A stretch of 64,000 nt of DNA from Octopus sinensis (lineage: Eukaryota). Shown one piece after another: positions 52,056 through 64,000 of this stretch (position 1 is the stretch's first letter; each line of letters begins with the position of its first letter). Made by a program: the position numbers and the translations under genes. The notes beneath the pieces are model-generated. The model saw only the letters and a program-made list of their open reading frames with translations, was not told the origin of the DNA and did not search any database. The stretch is from positions 3,844,001 to 3,908,000 of the forward strand of contig NC_043018.1 of the NCBI RefSeq assembly GCF_006345805.1. Direction: 5' to 3'.

Positions 52056-52128
52056 TGTCATAATAAAACTCAGAGTTTCAGATACCAGGGCTGAAGTCTG
52101 CTCTGGCATCCCATCAGTTATTAAGACA
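52056..52128 (-). ncRNA. Hammerhead-like motif, diverged relative of 8646-8708, in a solo pseudo-LTR fragment flanked by (TA)n
   Basis: UGUC.UAAUAA CUGAUG GGAUGCCAG...CUGGUAUCU GAA ACU-cug-AGU U^ UUAUUA.GACA. Confidence 0.6.
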
Positions 52129-52137
52129 AAACGCTAC

Positions 52138-52198
<61 letters not shown>

Positions 52199-54158
52199 TA
52201 TATATCATCATTATCATCATCGTTTAACGTCCGCTTTCCATGCTGGCATGAGTTGGATGATTTGACTGAGGTCTGGTGAACCAGATGGCTGCACCAGACT
52301 CCATATATATATATATATATATCCTTTTGATTTGTTTCAGTTATTGGACTGCAGCCATGACGGGGCACAGTCTTGAAGGCTTTCGTTTAACAAACTAATC
52401 CTGGTACTTATTCTGTTAGATTCTTTTGTTGAATCGCTAAGTCACTGAGACATAAACAACCAGCACCTGTTATGAAGCAGTGGGGAGATCAGCAACACAC
52501 ACACACACACAATGGGCTTTCACACAGTTTTCTTCTACCAAATTCACTGACCAAACATTGGCTAGCTGAGGTCCATGCAGCAGGACAGAACCCAACACTA
52601 ATTGATTACAAATCTTACTTCTTACCCTCACAACCGTGCCTGCTCTCTCTCTCACACACACGCATAATAGGGGAGATGCAAACATGAATGAATGATGGTG
52701 TCCCACTCAGAGATGACAAATGAGGTTTACGTACCCTATTGATTGGTTATTCTGCATTTTCAAGGACCAGTGGACCTGAAAATCCATTCCTTGAAAAACA
52801 AATACAAGGTTGACAACTAGAGGGTCATTTGACCAAAACACCTTGCTTCAAATATGACCCCTGTCCAACCCATTGTAGCACAGAATTAGATGGACATTGA
52901 AACGAACGAACACACAGGATTAACCTTTTAGCATTCAGATTAGCTTAACTGATATTCTGCTCATTTATCCACATTGTTTTCAATTAATCCTGCTTTATCT
53001 CAGCTTTGACACTTCAACGGTATGATTGTTTATTTTATTTTTTTTAGAATGACATTGCAGGGTAGGTGTGAGAGGGTAGATCTGGTCGCTTTGAACATAA
53101 AACAAGTAGAATATTTGGGCTAGATGTGGCCAGTTTTAATGCCAAACGTTTAAATGTCTTTTATTTTTTCCTTGTTGATAAAACCAGAGAGGAGAGATTG
53201 TCCAAATGCCATTTGTTGTGGTTCTTTGCTACACGTTTACACAGAGACAGAGGAAATTGCCAGTTTTTAGATAATATGGATGGACAAGGAGAATGTTTCC
53301 CAAACTGGTGAGCTGGCAGAATCATTAGAATTCAGGGGCGAAATGCTTAGCAAGATTTCATCTATCCTTACGTTCTGAGTTCAAATTCCACCGAGGTTGA
53401 CTTTGCTTTTCATCCTTTCAGGATCGATGAAATAAGTACCAGTTACATGCTGGGGTTGATGTAATCGAGTGGCCCCCTTCCTCCCAAAATTTTCAAGGCC
53501 TTGTGCCTAGAGTAGAAATAAGGAGAGTGTTTCTCAATCAGAGTTCCTTGGAATCTTAGTTTCTGTGAGAGATCTCAAAGAAATTCTGCCAGAAGCAGTG
53601 AAGATTACCATCATCATCTTAATGCTTGCTTTTCTATGTTTGCATGGATGGATGGGTTTTCTTAAAGTAGATTTTCTATGGTTGGATGCCTTTCTTGTCA
53701 TCAGCCCTCACCTGTTTTCAAGCGAGGTGATATTTCCCCTCCATGGCCAGACAAGTTTTTGTAGAACTTTGGAAATGAATGACACTGCTTGTATGACAGT
53801 GATGCTCGTTTACTACAATCTAGCAATGTCAAAACAAGAAGACATACATACATGCACACACACACCTTTTATACACATAGATATGTGTGTGTGTGTGTGT
53901 CCAGTCTTCATTCTCACAACCACCTTCACTACATCTGTTACAACCACTTCTTTTAACTGTCACTACAACTACTACTACCACTACTACTACTACTACTACA
54001 ATTAACACTGCTTGCCTTCACTACTAGTACTACTACAACTACCACCACCACCACCACAATCATAACTACTACCAACACTTTGCTATTACTAATACAAATA
54101 CAGCCTTGCCCATCACCATCAAATTCTCACCAATGTCCTTCCTTTTGTTGTTCTTCAG

Positions 54159-54396
54159 AGCTGAGTCAGAGGCCAGTGCCATCCTTATACAATATCAGAA
54201 AGAAGCAGAGTCCCTCCAAAATGTCTTGTCACCTGAAGGCCTTAATTACACTAACGATGAGTTCCTGCAATATATGGCCATCCGCATAATCTCATCACTT
54301 AATAATACTCTCTATGTTGGAATGAACTTCCCAGAGAATCCACATTCAATTCCTTTTCAGCGCCCACCACCACCCAATGTCACACCCAAAAAATAG
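54159..54396 (+). CDS. Duplicated alternative terminal exon 7b ((Q)AESEASAILIQYQKEAESL...FQRPPPPNVTPKK*)
   Basis: Paralog of 7a with the same acceptor and phase, open to TAG at 54394-54396. Total CDS is 948 nt (315 aa). AATAAA at 54452, 54476 and 54491. Whether it is expressed cannot be shown from sequence. Confidence 0.65.
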
Positions 54397-54899
54397 TCAC
54401 TATCAAAATGTTGAGATGTACTGGTTGTTGAAGAGAAATAATTGGTTCATTAATAAAATTGATAATTAATAATTAAATAAATTATAAAAAAATAAACTTT
54501 AATCTTTTTATTTTGCTTTTTGATACCATTTTATAAGTTTTTTTTTAGTTTTTTATCATTTTGAGCAAAGTTTAGCAGTGTGGCTGAGAAGTTTGCTTTG
54601 CAATCATGTAGTTTTGAGTTCAAGCCTACCACACTGCACTTTGAGCCAAGGTCTTCTATGACTTTCAAAATGACCAATATCTTGAGAGAATTTGGTAAAT
54701 GGAAACTGCAGGAAGCCTGTCATGTGTATTATGGGTGTTTGTGTATATGTATATATATGCAGGTGTGTATATATATATATAGATATATATTATATCGATG
54801 CATAAGGATAAGATCTCGAGATCCAAGTGTAGGAAGTTTGTAATCTTCAAGCAGTCCGTGACAGAGAACAAAAAGTGGAGAGTCTCATCTGTGGCAAGT

Positions 54900-55210
54900 T
54901 AACTCAGGATTCCCAAATGGCAATGTAACTTTCGTGTAGTTAAGGTGACCACAGCCTGATGAATAGCTCCACTGAGTACCTCTCATTGAGTAATTATTAC
55001 ACTAGAGGATCGGCAAGCTAAGAAACAGACCTGGATTTTACCAGGTTAAGGCTTTACCGAAGATATAGCCTGGTTACAGGGAGATAACTTGAGATTCTCA
55101 AATGATAATGTAACCTTCTGTAGGTCTTCTCGGCCTGAGGATTAACTTTGCTGAGTAATTATTACACCAGAGGATCAGCAAGCTAAGAAACATGTGTAAC
55201 GCAGATTTTA
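54900..55210 (+). repeat. Degenerate ~170-185-bp tandem dimer, each unit carrying a hammerhead core
   Basis: CTGATGA (54956)...AGCTAAGAAAC (GAAA at 55022) and CTGAGGA (55135)...AGCTAAGAAAC (GAAA at 55187); the units share tgagtaattattacac. Confidence 0.55.
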
Positions 55211-56589
55211 CTTGCTCAACTCCCTCAGTTCGGATTTATATTTTATTTACTGGTTTCAGTTATTGGTTGGCAGCCATGCTCACTTGCAGGGTTTACTCAC
55301 ACACATCAACCCCATTTCTTAGTCTGTTAGTCCCTTTTACTGACAAGGACATAAACAACTAGGGCCCATATAGCCCTAGGAGGTCCATGTGACCCTTGGG
55401 GCTCACATAAGATTATGTTGTTAGAGTTTATGCACAAAGGAGCAGTTACACTTCTACAAAACAGAAAATGCTTTAATAATAATTATTATTCAGTTCCTAA
55501 TGATATTTAATTACAAAAATATAGGAGGATCTTTTAAACAGCAAATGGCTATGGGGTTTACCAAAGGGAAATAGAAACCAAAGGGGTCCATAGGTAAAAG
55601 AATAGTTGAGAGCTACAGTTCTAGAATGTTAGCTGTATGTAGGGGGTTTTGCCGTTGCGGTTGATAAAAAGTAATGTCAAATATGTCCAATAAACATAAT
55701 TTTACATTTCTTCGAATTTCAGTGTTTCTACAAAAATAGAAAATAGAAGGTACCAATGCTATTCCCATTGCCATCACTTAAGGTTCACATTTTCCATGCT
55801 TGCATGGGTTGGAGTTTTGTCAGCCCCTTTATCTGCCTGGGCTCTAGTCATCAACAATGGAGGCATGACCCCAGAGACCAACTGGCAGACAAGACCCCTC
55901 AAACGAGTGGCGGGGGTGGGGGGGCAGTAGAGGGAGGTGGCTTTGTGCCATCTGAAGATGAGTTCAAACATAAGATGTGGTTTTAGGTAGATTAAGTTGC
56001 TGTTGCTAGATATGGTCATCGACTTATCTGGACAACCAAAGAAGCCAGCTGACCAATCGAGACCTACTTATGACCAAGAGGACAATAACGATGTCATCAT
56101 TGTCATTACCGGTAGCAACAGTGTCATTGTCATCATCATTTAATGCTAGTTTTTCCATGCTGGCATGGATTGGATGGTTCCACAGGAGCTGGCCAGCTGC
56201 ACCAGGCTCCAATTGTCAGTTTTGACATGGTCACTATGGATGGATGCCCTTCCTAATGACCAACCCCTTCACAGAATGTACTGGGTGCATTTTACATGAC
56301 ACCAGTGCAGGTACTACATTTAACTCTAAAATTATCAACACTCCTTAGCTCAGAATAGGCCACTATAAAATGGTATTACCTATTTGTTGTGTCCCCTTTT
56401 TTTACAAATTAGCCCAGAGGTAGGATATAGGTGGATGCCAATACCCTTGGCCTTCAGAGTTCAACTGGAAGTTTTATCAAAAGAGAACCAACTTGGCTTG
56501 TAATGAACTGTCCAACCCATGCCAGCATGAAAAATGATGATTAGTACACTGTTATAAATTTTAGAGGTTGTGTTTTAAAACTGAACCCC

Positions 56590-56878
56590 AGTGGCCAAAA
56601 GCTATGGTTAGTAGTGGACACAATGGGGTCCAAATAGCAGTCCACTACTAACCATAGCTTTTGGCTGCTATTTGGACCCCATTGTGTCCACTACTAACCA
56701 TAGCTTTTGGCCAGTTTGGACCCCATTGTGTCCACTACTAACCATAGCTTTTGGCCGCTATTTGGACCCCATTGTGTCCACTACTAACCATAGCTTTTGG
56801 CCGCTATTTGGACCCCATTGTATCCACTACTAACCATAGCTTTTGGCCACTGTTTGGACCCCATTGTGTCCACTACTA
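56590..56878. repeat. 46-bp minisatellite (~5 units) preceded by one inverted unit
   Basis: Unit gtccactactaaccatagcttttggccgctatttggaccccattgt; 56590-56639 is its reverse complement. Confidence 0.92.
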
Positions 56879-57408
56879 GAATCAGACAAATTATGTTCAT
56901 GCCAGTCTCCTTTCATACCCGCTAGGTTTTCATTTACTTACTCTAACTGTATCAAATATAAATTTATAATGAGTTTCAAATTTTGGCACAAGGCCAGCAA
57001 TTTAAAGGAGGTGTGGTCAGCTGATAATATCGACCCCAGTACTCAACTGGTATTTAGTTCATCAACCACAAAAGGATGAAAGGCAAAGTCGGCCACAGAG
57101 GAATTTGAACTCGGGATGTAAAGACAGGCAAAAAACTACTAAGCATTTTGCCCGGCATGCTAACGATTCTGCCAGCTTGATGCCTTAATTAATTAATAAT
57201 AATAATGATGAAAATAACAAAAATTGTTGCATTGAGAAAAACGAAAGCAGAACAATATTCGATGGCCAAAAAATTTAATGGCAAAAAAAATAGGACAAAA
57301 AGAAACAATTAAAAAAAAAAAGGAAGGAATGGTGAAATATTTACAATTAAAAAATTTTTTTAAGTAATTACATGTGTGTGTTTATGCACACCTACACATG
57401 TATGTTAA

Positions 57409-57490
<82 letters not shown>

Positions 57491-58309
57491 GTATGTATTT
57501 ATATATACATATTATATATGAATGTGTATGTACATATATAGATGTATATATACATATGTAATGTGTATGAGTGTTTGTATTTACCAAACATTATTGAAGA
57601 TGCCTTGTTAGAGTGGATTTTTTTTTCTTATTTTTGATATATTTTTACCGTATTTTTTGTGATTTGAATGAAGGAGGATTATCAGCAGGGAACAGCAACA
57701 ACTCTACAAACAACAGTCTTCTACACACACATATACAAACATAAACATACACACACACACACATGTACATATATATATATAATATAAACATGTATACATA
57801 TATATATGTGTGTGTGTGTGTGTATATGCATGTATGTTTCCCTTGTGATTTTGCTTATCTTTGTTATTTTGAGATGTTGGTGAGGAAGTTGTTCGGTGCC
57901 GCATTTGGTTGGATCAGATCGAGTTTAGTTTGGCTTGCACTGGGTACTAGTTGAAAGTCTCACAAGCAAGTACCAAACATCTATTGAGTACATGTACTTC
58001 AGGATGATGACGCAGAGCAAGTCGTTATTGATTAAGTGTGTATGTGTGACTATATACATAAACATATGTATATGTATGGATACACACACACACACATACA
58101 TAATAACATTCCTCAGACTTGCTCCAATATTTAACAGTATCTAAAATGTCTTTTTTAAAACAGGTAATCCCCTTTTCTTGCCCACATTTCTTCTCCATCT
58201 TCTTCTTCCCATAAAGTTCAATACTGATCAATCTCTAATCATTCAGCACCCTGGAAATGCAAAAATAAATCACATTAAACTATATACATACATACAAATA
58301 ACAACAACG

Positions 58310-58312
58310 ACA

Positions 58313-58360
<48 letters not shown>

Positions 58361-58385
58361 GATAATAATAATAATAATAATAATG

Positions 58386-58431
<46 letters not shown>

Positions 58432-58625
58432 TAATGATGATGATAATAATAATAATGATAATAATAATAATAATGATGATAATGATAATAATAATAATAA
58501 TAATAATGATAATAATAATAACAATGATAACAACAATGATAATAATAATAATAATAATAATGATAATAATAATAATAATAATGATAATAATGATCAATAA
58601 TAATAATAATAATCATCATCACCAT
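58310..58625. repeat. (AAT/GAT)n microsatellite
   Basis: Read directly. Confidence 0.95.
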
Positions 58626-60794
58626 CATCCTAATTATTTTAATGTTCACTTTCCCATGCTTGCATGAATCAGATGGAGTTTTTTTTTTGTTGAGATTTCC
58701 CCTCCTGTCACCAAGCCTACCTATTTTCCAAGCAAGGTCACATTTCCTTATGGAAAACCATTTTGCAGAAGAATATTCGAAATGAATGCCACTGCTTGTG
58801 GGACAATCGTATTACAACAATCGTGCAACATCAAGACAAGGAGGTACAAACAGACAGACACACAAAAATATACATGAGAAGCTTTTTTCAGTTTCTGTCT
58901 ACCAACTCCACTTATAAGGCTTTGGTCAGCCCGGGGCTGTAGGAGAAAACACTCAAGGCACTGAAGACACAAGCAGGACTGAACCCAGAACAATGCAGTT
59001 GGGAAGCAAAGTGCTTACAACGCAACCAAACCTGAGCTTTTGAGAATGATATTTGGTAGACAGAAAGTCTAACAAAGCCTGTCTTTGAACAAGTGGTGAC
59101 CCCTTCCAAAAATGGGGTACCATGTAAAAGCACCCAGTATACTCTGTAAAACGGTCGGTGTTGGGAAGGGCATCAAGCTGTAGGAACTCTGCCAAAACAG
59201 ACAAATGAGGCCCAAGCAGTTGTCAAGCCATCCATGCCAGCACGGAGGATGGGCATTAAAAGATGATGATGATGGAAGTTCTAGGCCTGTACCTGGAGAG
59301 GTAATTCCCAGGTAACAATATATGGTCAAAATTGACCGACAGAAGTCACTGATATATAACATTAACCAAAACGGAACAACAAAGACTGCAATTTCCTTTC
59401 AGAATTCAGGAAATATTCCAACAACACAAAGACTCTGCAAAAAGAAACTGCCATAAACTCACCTCTTTGGCTTTGCGTAGTTTAGCTTCCATTCTGAAAG
59501 AAAAATGCAGAAATCAGATTAATCTTAGAATATAGCAACAACAACAACAACAATTGTTTCTAATTTGGCAGAAAACCAGTAACTTAGGTGGGGGGGAATG
59601 GGTGTGACCAGGGGGTGCTTTGTTCCTTCAGATAACCCGGTTAAAATGTAATACCTGTTTATCCACATTGTTTTGAATTAATCCTGCATTATCTTGTGGC
59701 TTAGAGACTTTCATGATGTGATTGTATATTTTTAGAATGACATTGTAGGGTAGGTGTGAGGGGCCAGATGTGGCCAGTTTCGAAATAGAACAGGTGGAAT
59801 ATTTGGGTTGGATGTGGCCAGTTTAAGTGCAAAAGGACTATATTATTGACCCTCAAAGGATAAAAAGCAAAGGTGATCTCAGTGTGATTCGAACTCAGAA
59901 TGCAAAGATTGAGAACCAATAGTGTAAGGCACTTTTACAATGTCTCAACAATTCTACCAATCCATTGGCCATTAATTTCCAAGTTAGGCACAGAGCCAAC
60001 TTACCTGAGAGGAGGAGGTAAATCCTTCGCCCAGTACTTGATGGATATTTTTTTTGTATGGATCCAGGACAAATGAAAGGATTTGAACTCAGAACATAAA
60101 GACAGATAAAATACTGCTAAGCATTTCGCCCAGCTTGCTAATGACTCTGCCAGCTCACTACTTTAATATCAACAACAACAATAATAATAATAATAATTAT
60201 TATTATTATTATATCAAATTTTTGCTACAAGTGCAGCTTGGGGGAGGTGGTGATGAGTCCAGCAATAAGAGAAAAGAAAAAGAAATAACAGAAGCTAAAA
60301 AAGGCACATGGCTCAGTGGTTAGAGTATTCGGATCACAATCATAAGGTTGTGAGTTCAATTCCCAGCAGCATGTCGTGTCCTTGAACAAGACACTTTGTT
60401 TCATTTTGCTTCAGTCCATTTAGCTGGCAAAAATGAGTTGTACTGTCACATTCTGTGCCACTCTGAATTTCCCCGAGAACTACGTTAACGGTACACGTGT
60501 CTGTGGAGTACTCAGCCACTTACACATTAATTTCACAAGCAGGTTGTTCCGTTGATCAGATCAACTGGAATCCTCATTAGCATAACTGGTGGAGCGTCAG
60601 TTTTTTTAATGAAAACGCATCAAGTCTGTCACTCTACCGGATTATCTAAGAATCCGGTCCGAATCAATTTTGCCTTTCATCCTTCCATAGTTGATAAAGT
60701 AAATATTTGGAGGGAGACTCTAAAAAGTAAGGGCAGACATACATCATAGATTGCGAAGGACCCGTGACGAAAAGAAGAGAAAAGGGGTCGCTAT

Positions 60795-61003
60795 TTACTT
60801 GTGCCTTGATTTCGCTTTCCCTTTTTTGTGTCTTATCGTGCTTTTGGTGACCTTCCCGGAATGGTTCTGTGCCGAAGAGTGATTGGTCGTGCTGTTGTTG
60901 TTGGTCATCGTTAGCTGTCCATTAGGTGTGGAAGAATCGTTGTTGTTTGTTTCTGGTTGACTGCTGGCGTTCGTTGCTTCTGACGTTGGACTTGCAGCTT
61001 CCC
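60795..61003 (-). CDS. Probable terminal coding exon of an unidentified convergent gene (EAASPTSEATNASSQPET...IRHKKGKAKSRHK*)
   Basis: On the - strand a long U-rich tract and tgtctgcag acceptor (AG at 61005-61004) precede an open frame in unique non-repeat sequence. It encodes a low-complexity S/T/N tail with a basic end, then TAA. Upstream exons would lie beyond the window. Confidence 0.55.
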
Positions 61004-61245
61004 CTGCAGACACACAGACACGTCATCAATGACAACAAACAATGAGAAACAACAGAAAAACAGATAACATAACAGAGTAGGAGAAAGAAGAAGTTATGGA
61101 GGCATCACAGCCGTCACAGCCTAACTGTGATGGCTAAAACAAACATAAACAAACACACATGAAAAATCTTTGCAACCTTCCCTCTGCCTTAACCAATTCT
61201 TAAACCCTTCAGCATTCACATTGTTCCGTCAAATGTAAGGCTTAA

Positions 61246-61464
61246 CCCTTTAGTGTTCTGATTATTCTATCAAACATAATGCTTATTGATTCCCATTGAT
61301 TTGAATTAATCATGCATTATCTCATATCTTCAAGATCTTGATGGTGTAATTACTTAATGTAGAATAACATTGTAGGGTAGGTGTGAGAGCCTAGATCTGG
61401 TCAGTTTGAACATAAAACAGATTAACTATTTTGGCCAGATATGGCCGGTTTAAATACTAAAGGG
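61246..61464. mobile_element. piggyBac-type MITE
   Basis: TTAA|CCCTTTAG...CTAAAGGG|TTAA; related decayed copies near 52921-53150 and 59640-59830. Confidence 0.6.
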
Positions 61465-64000
61465 TTAAGTATTCTCATTGTTTTTAATTAATCTGCTTGA
61501 TCTTTTAGCTTCGAAATTCCGATGAGGTATCTTGTTAATTTTTAGAATGACATTGTAATTCATAAACAAGGTGAACAAATAAGCATTAGATTTGAAAGGA
61601 TTAAGAGATCAATGGTATCAGATACACATTTACATACAACGAGAATCAGACACATAGAAATAATGACATCCAGCTAAGCATACATACAAGCCCCCACACA
61701 CAGATAAACACATATTGAGACAATCACATACAGCTAACCATAACTGCAATCCCACCACAATCACCCACATGCAATCACTCTGTCACTCAGATTTATTGCT
61801 TAACGTCTGTTTTCCATGCTGGCATGGGTTGGACGGTTCAACTGGAGTATGGGAAGCCATGGAGGCAGCACCAGGATAGTCTTGATCTGGCAGTGTTTCT
61901 ACAGCTGGATGCCCTTCCTAATGCCAACCACTCCGAGAGCGAAGTGGATGCTTTTCGCATGTCACCAGCACAGGGGCCAGAGGAGGCTCACAGCATAGGT
62001 TGGTGCTTTTTACATGCCACTGTCACGGAAGCCAGTCAAGGCGGCGCTAGCATCGGCCACATAAACATAAATGCATAGGGACAATAGCATACAAATAAGC
62101 ACACACACACACAATCAGACACGATCTCTCATATGCAGACACAAACACATACACACAAACACACACACACACACAGAGTCTGTGCCACAAAGTGTCAAAG
62201 AGTTAAGTACTCACGTTTTTCAGAGTTGTCTGCAATTCCGCTCACAGCCTGAAAAGACAAATTGGGGAAAATGTGATGTTTTTTTTAACTCTTAATCAAA
62301 GGGAGACGGGCCATAGCCACATCCCTTTATTTTTGTATAGTTTCTGAGATGAGGGAGATGAAGACAGGAAGTTGTCCTCAAGCCAGAAACTTGGCCGGCC
62401 TGACTGTTTATGATAAGGTAAACTCTGCTAAGTTAATCCAAGGATTAGGTGAAAGTGTTTAACCGAATGAGAGAAAAATCTATCACTCAGGGCCTTAGAA
62501 CATAAACCACCTGGCAAATTCCCTGCTCCGTATTGTTATTTCACTTTGTTGGTCTTCAAAAAGATGAAATGAAAATTTAACCCAAGTGAGATTTGGACAC
62601 CCGGTTCTTTGCAGGGAATCAGAACAACTATCACAGAGTAACTTAATGGGTTAGTTGTTGTTGTTGTTGTCCATCTTCATCATTTAATGCCTCTTTATCC
62701 ATGCTTGCATGGGTTGCATGATTCAACAGAAACTGACAAACCAAAAGACTGCACTGAGCTCCAATGTCTGGTATGGTTTCTACAGCTGGATTCCATTCCT
62801 GATGCTAACCACTTCACAGAGTAGACTGGATGTCCGTTTTCTTGTGGCACCAGCACCAGTGAGGTCATTAAGCACTCGCAAGACAAGACCTACCTCAATG
62901 GAATGAAGAACAGTACTGAAGGAGATGACAGTGTGACAGAGGGACAGGAATAAGTGTCTTGTTGGAGACGGGGGAACGCATGTCAGTCAATCCAAGGTCT
63001 CCTGGCCACAGCCATCTCTCACCAACTGCTACAATGACGAAAGGCAAAGCTGACCCCGGTTCGAACTCAGAGCATTAAGGAATGGGACTAAATACCACAA
63101 GGCATTTAAACTGTTGCCCTAACTCTTTTGTTGATCTACCGAAATATAAATAGAGTATTTCATAAAGTCTGATATTAAAATACACAGGGATTCTGGGTAC
63201 TCGACCAGGAAATAGTGGAAAGGAGACTTAAATGCCTCTTTTATCTTTTACTTGTGTCAGCCATTAGGCTGTGGCCATGCTGGGGCACCACCTTGAGAAA
63301 TTTTTAGTCAAATGTATTGAACCCAATACTTTTATTTGTTTGAGTCTGGTTTTATCCATCTCTTTTGCCAAACCACTAAGTTACAGGGACGTAAACACAC
63401 CACCAGCAGTTGTCAAGTGGGGGTGGTGGAGAACACACACACAAGGCTTCTTTTAGTTTCCATCTACCAAATCTACTCACAAAAGCTTTGACCAGCCCCA
63501 GGCTATAAAAGAAGACACTTGCCCAAGGTGCCATGCAGTGGGACTGAACCCTGAATCATGTAGTCGGGAAGGAAACTTCTTACCACATACCCATGCCTGT
63601 GCTTGTAATACACAGAATCCATTTAATGTCTAAAATAATCCAGAACCTCTGCTCATTTGCACTCACCTGTCTTCTGTCCCCTAAAACTTCTACTCATCTC
63701 ATACACTGAGGGTTCACCTTGACACTGCCTAGCAGACATCTTCATGGGGGATTGACAAGGAAGGACACGGCTTGTACAACGGTGATACTCGTTTACAAGT
63801 ACAAATGCAATGCCAAGACACCTGCACACACCTATGCCCCTGACAAGGTCCTTCTGTCACCCATCAAATCCACTCACTCACTCACAAGGCTTTGCTTGGC
63901 CAGGATCTAGAATAAAAGACACTTATTCAAGGTGCTGATTACAGGTAAGATCCCCACCATCAATTCACTGTGAGAAAAGTTCACCACAAGGTAAATTTAC

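Noticed and set aside
48300-53950. Possible full tandem paralog of the SPFH gene feeding exon 7b
   Set aside because: No copy of exons 1-6 was seen; the interval is filled by RTE, mariner, SINEs and MITEs.
56590-56878. Possible CRISPR-like array (also the 63-bp and 185-bp repeats)
   Set aside because: Units are contiguous with no unique spacers, there are no cas genes, and the context is eukaryotic.

Overview
AT-rich, microsatellite-dense animal genomic DNA. The SINE and LINE families (tRNA-derived octopus-type SINEs, RTE LINEs with (GAT)n tails) point to an Octopus/coleoid genome; this is inferred from repeat recognition only. One protein-coding gene can be assembled on the + strand from canonical GT-AG exons: a signal-anchored SPFH/Band-7 (prohibitin/erlin-like) protein. 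Exons 1-6 lie at 29599-46923. The terminal exon is present twice as intact, in-frame tandem copies (47677-47905 and 54159-54396), giving 312-aa or 315-aa products. The probable last exon of an unidentified convergent gene lies on the - strand (60795-61003). The rest is transposon-derived: a decayed Penelope-like element (RT + GIY-YIG, probably Hydra clade), a Tc1 with IR/DR ends, a mariner, several RTE fragments, non-autonomous Helitrons, MITEs and many SINEs. The most unusual signals are about 13 type-I hammerhead ribozyme motifs and many long fold-back palindromes. Several hammerheads have intact cores, two pairs sit head-to-head inside long palindromes, and one pair is a covarying core variant. 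All folding and alignments were done by eye, and repeat boundaries are approximate.
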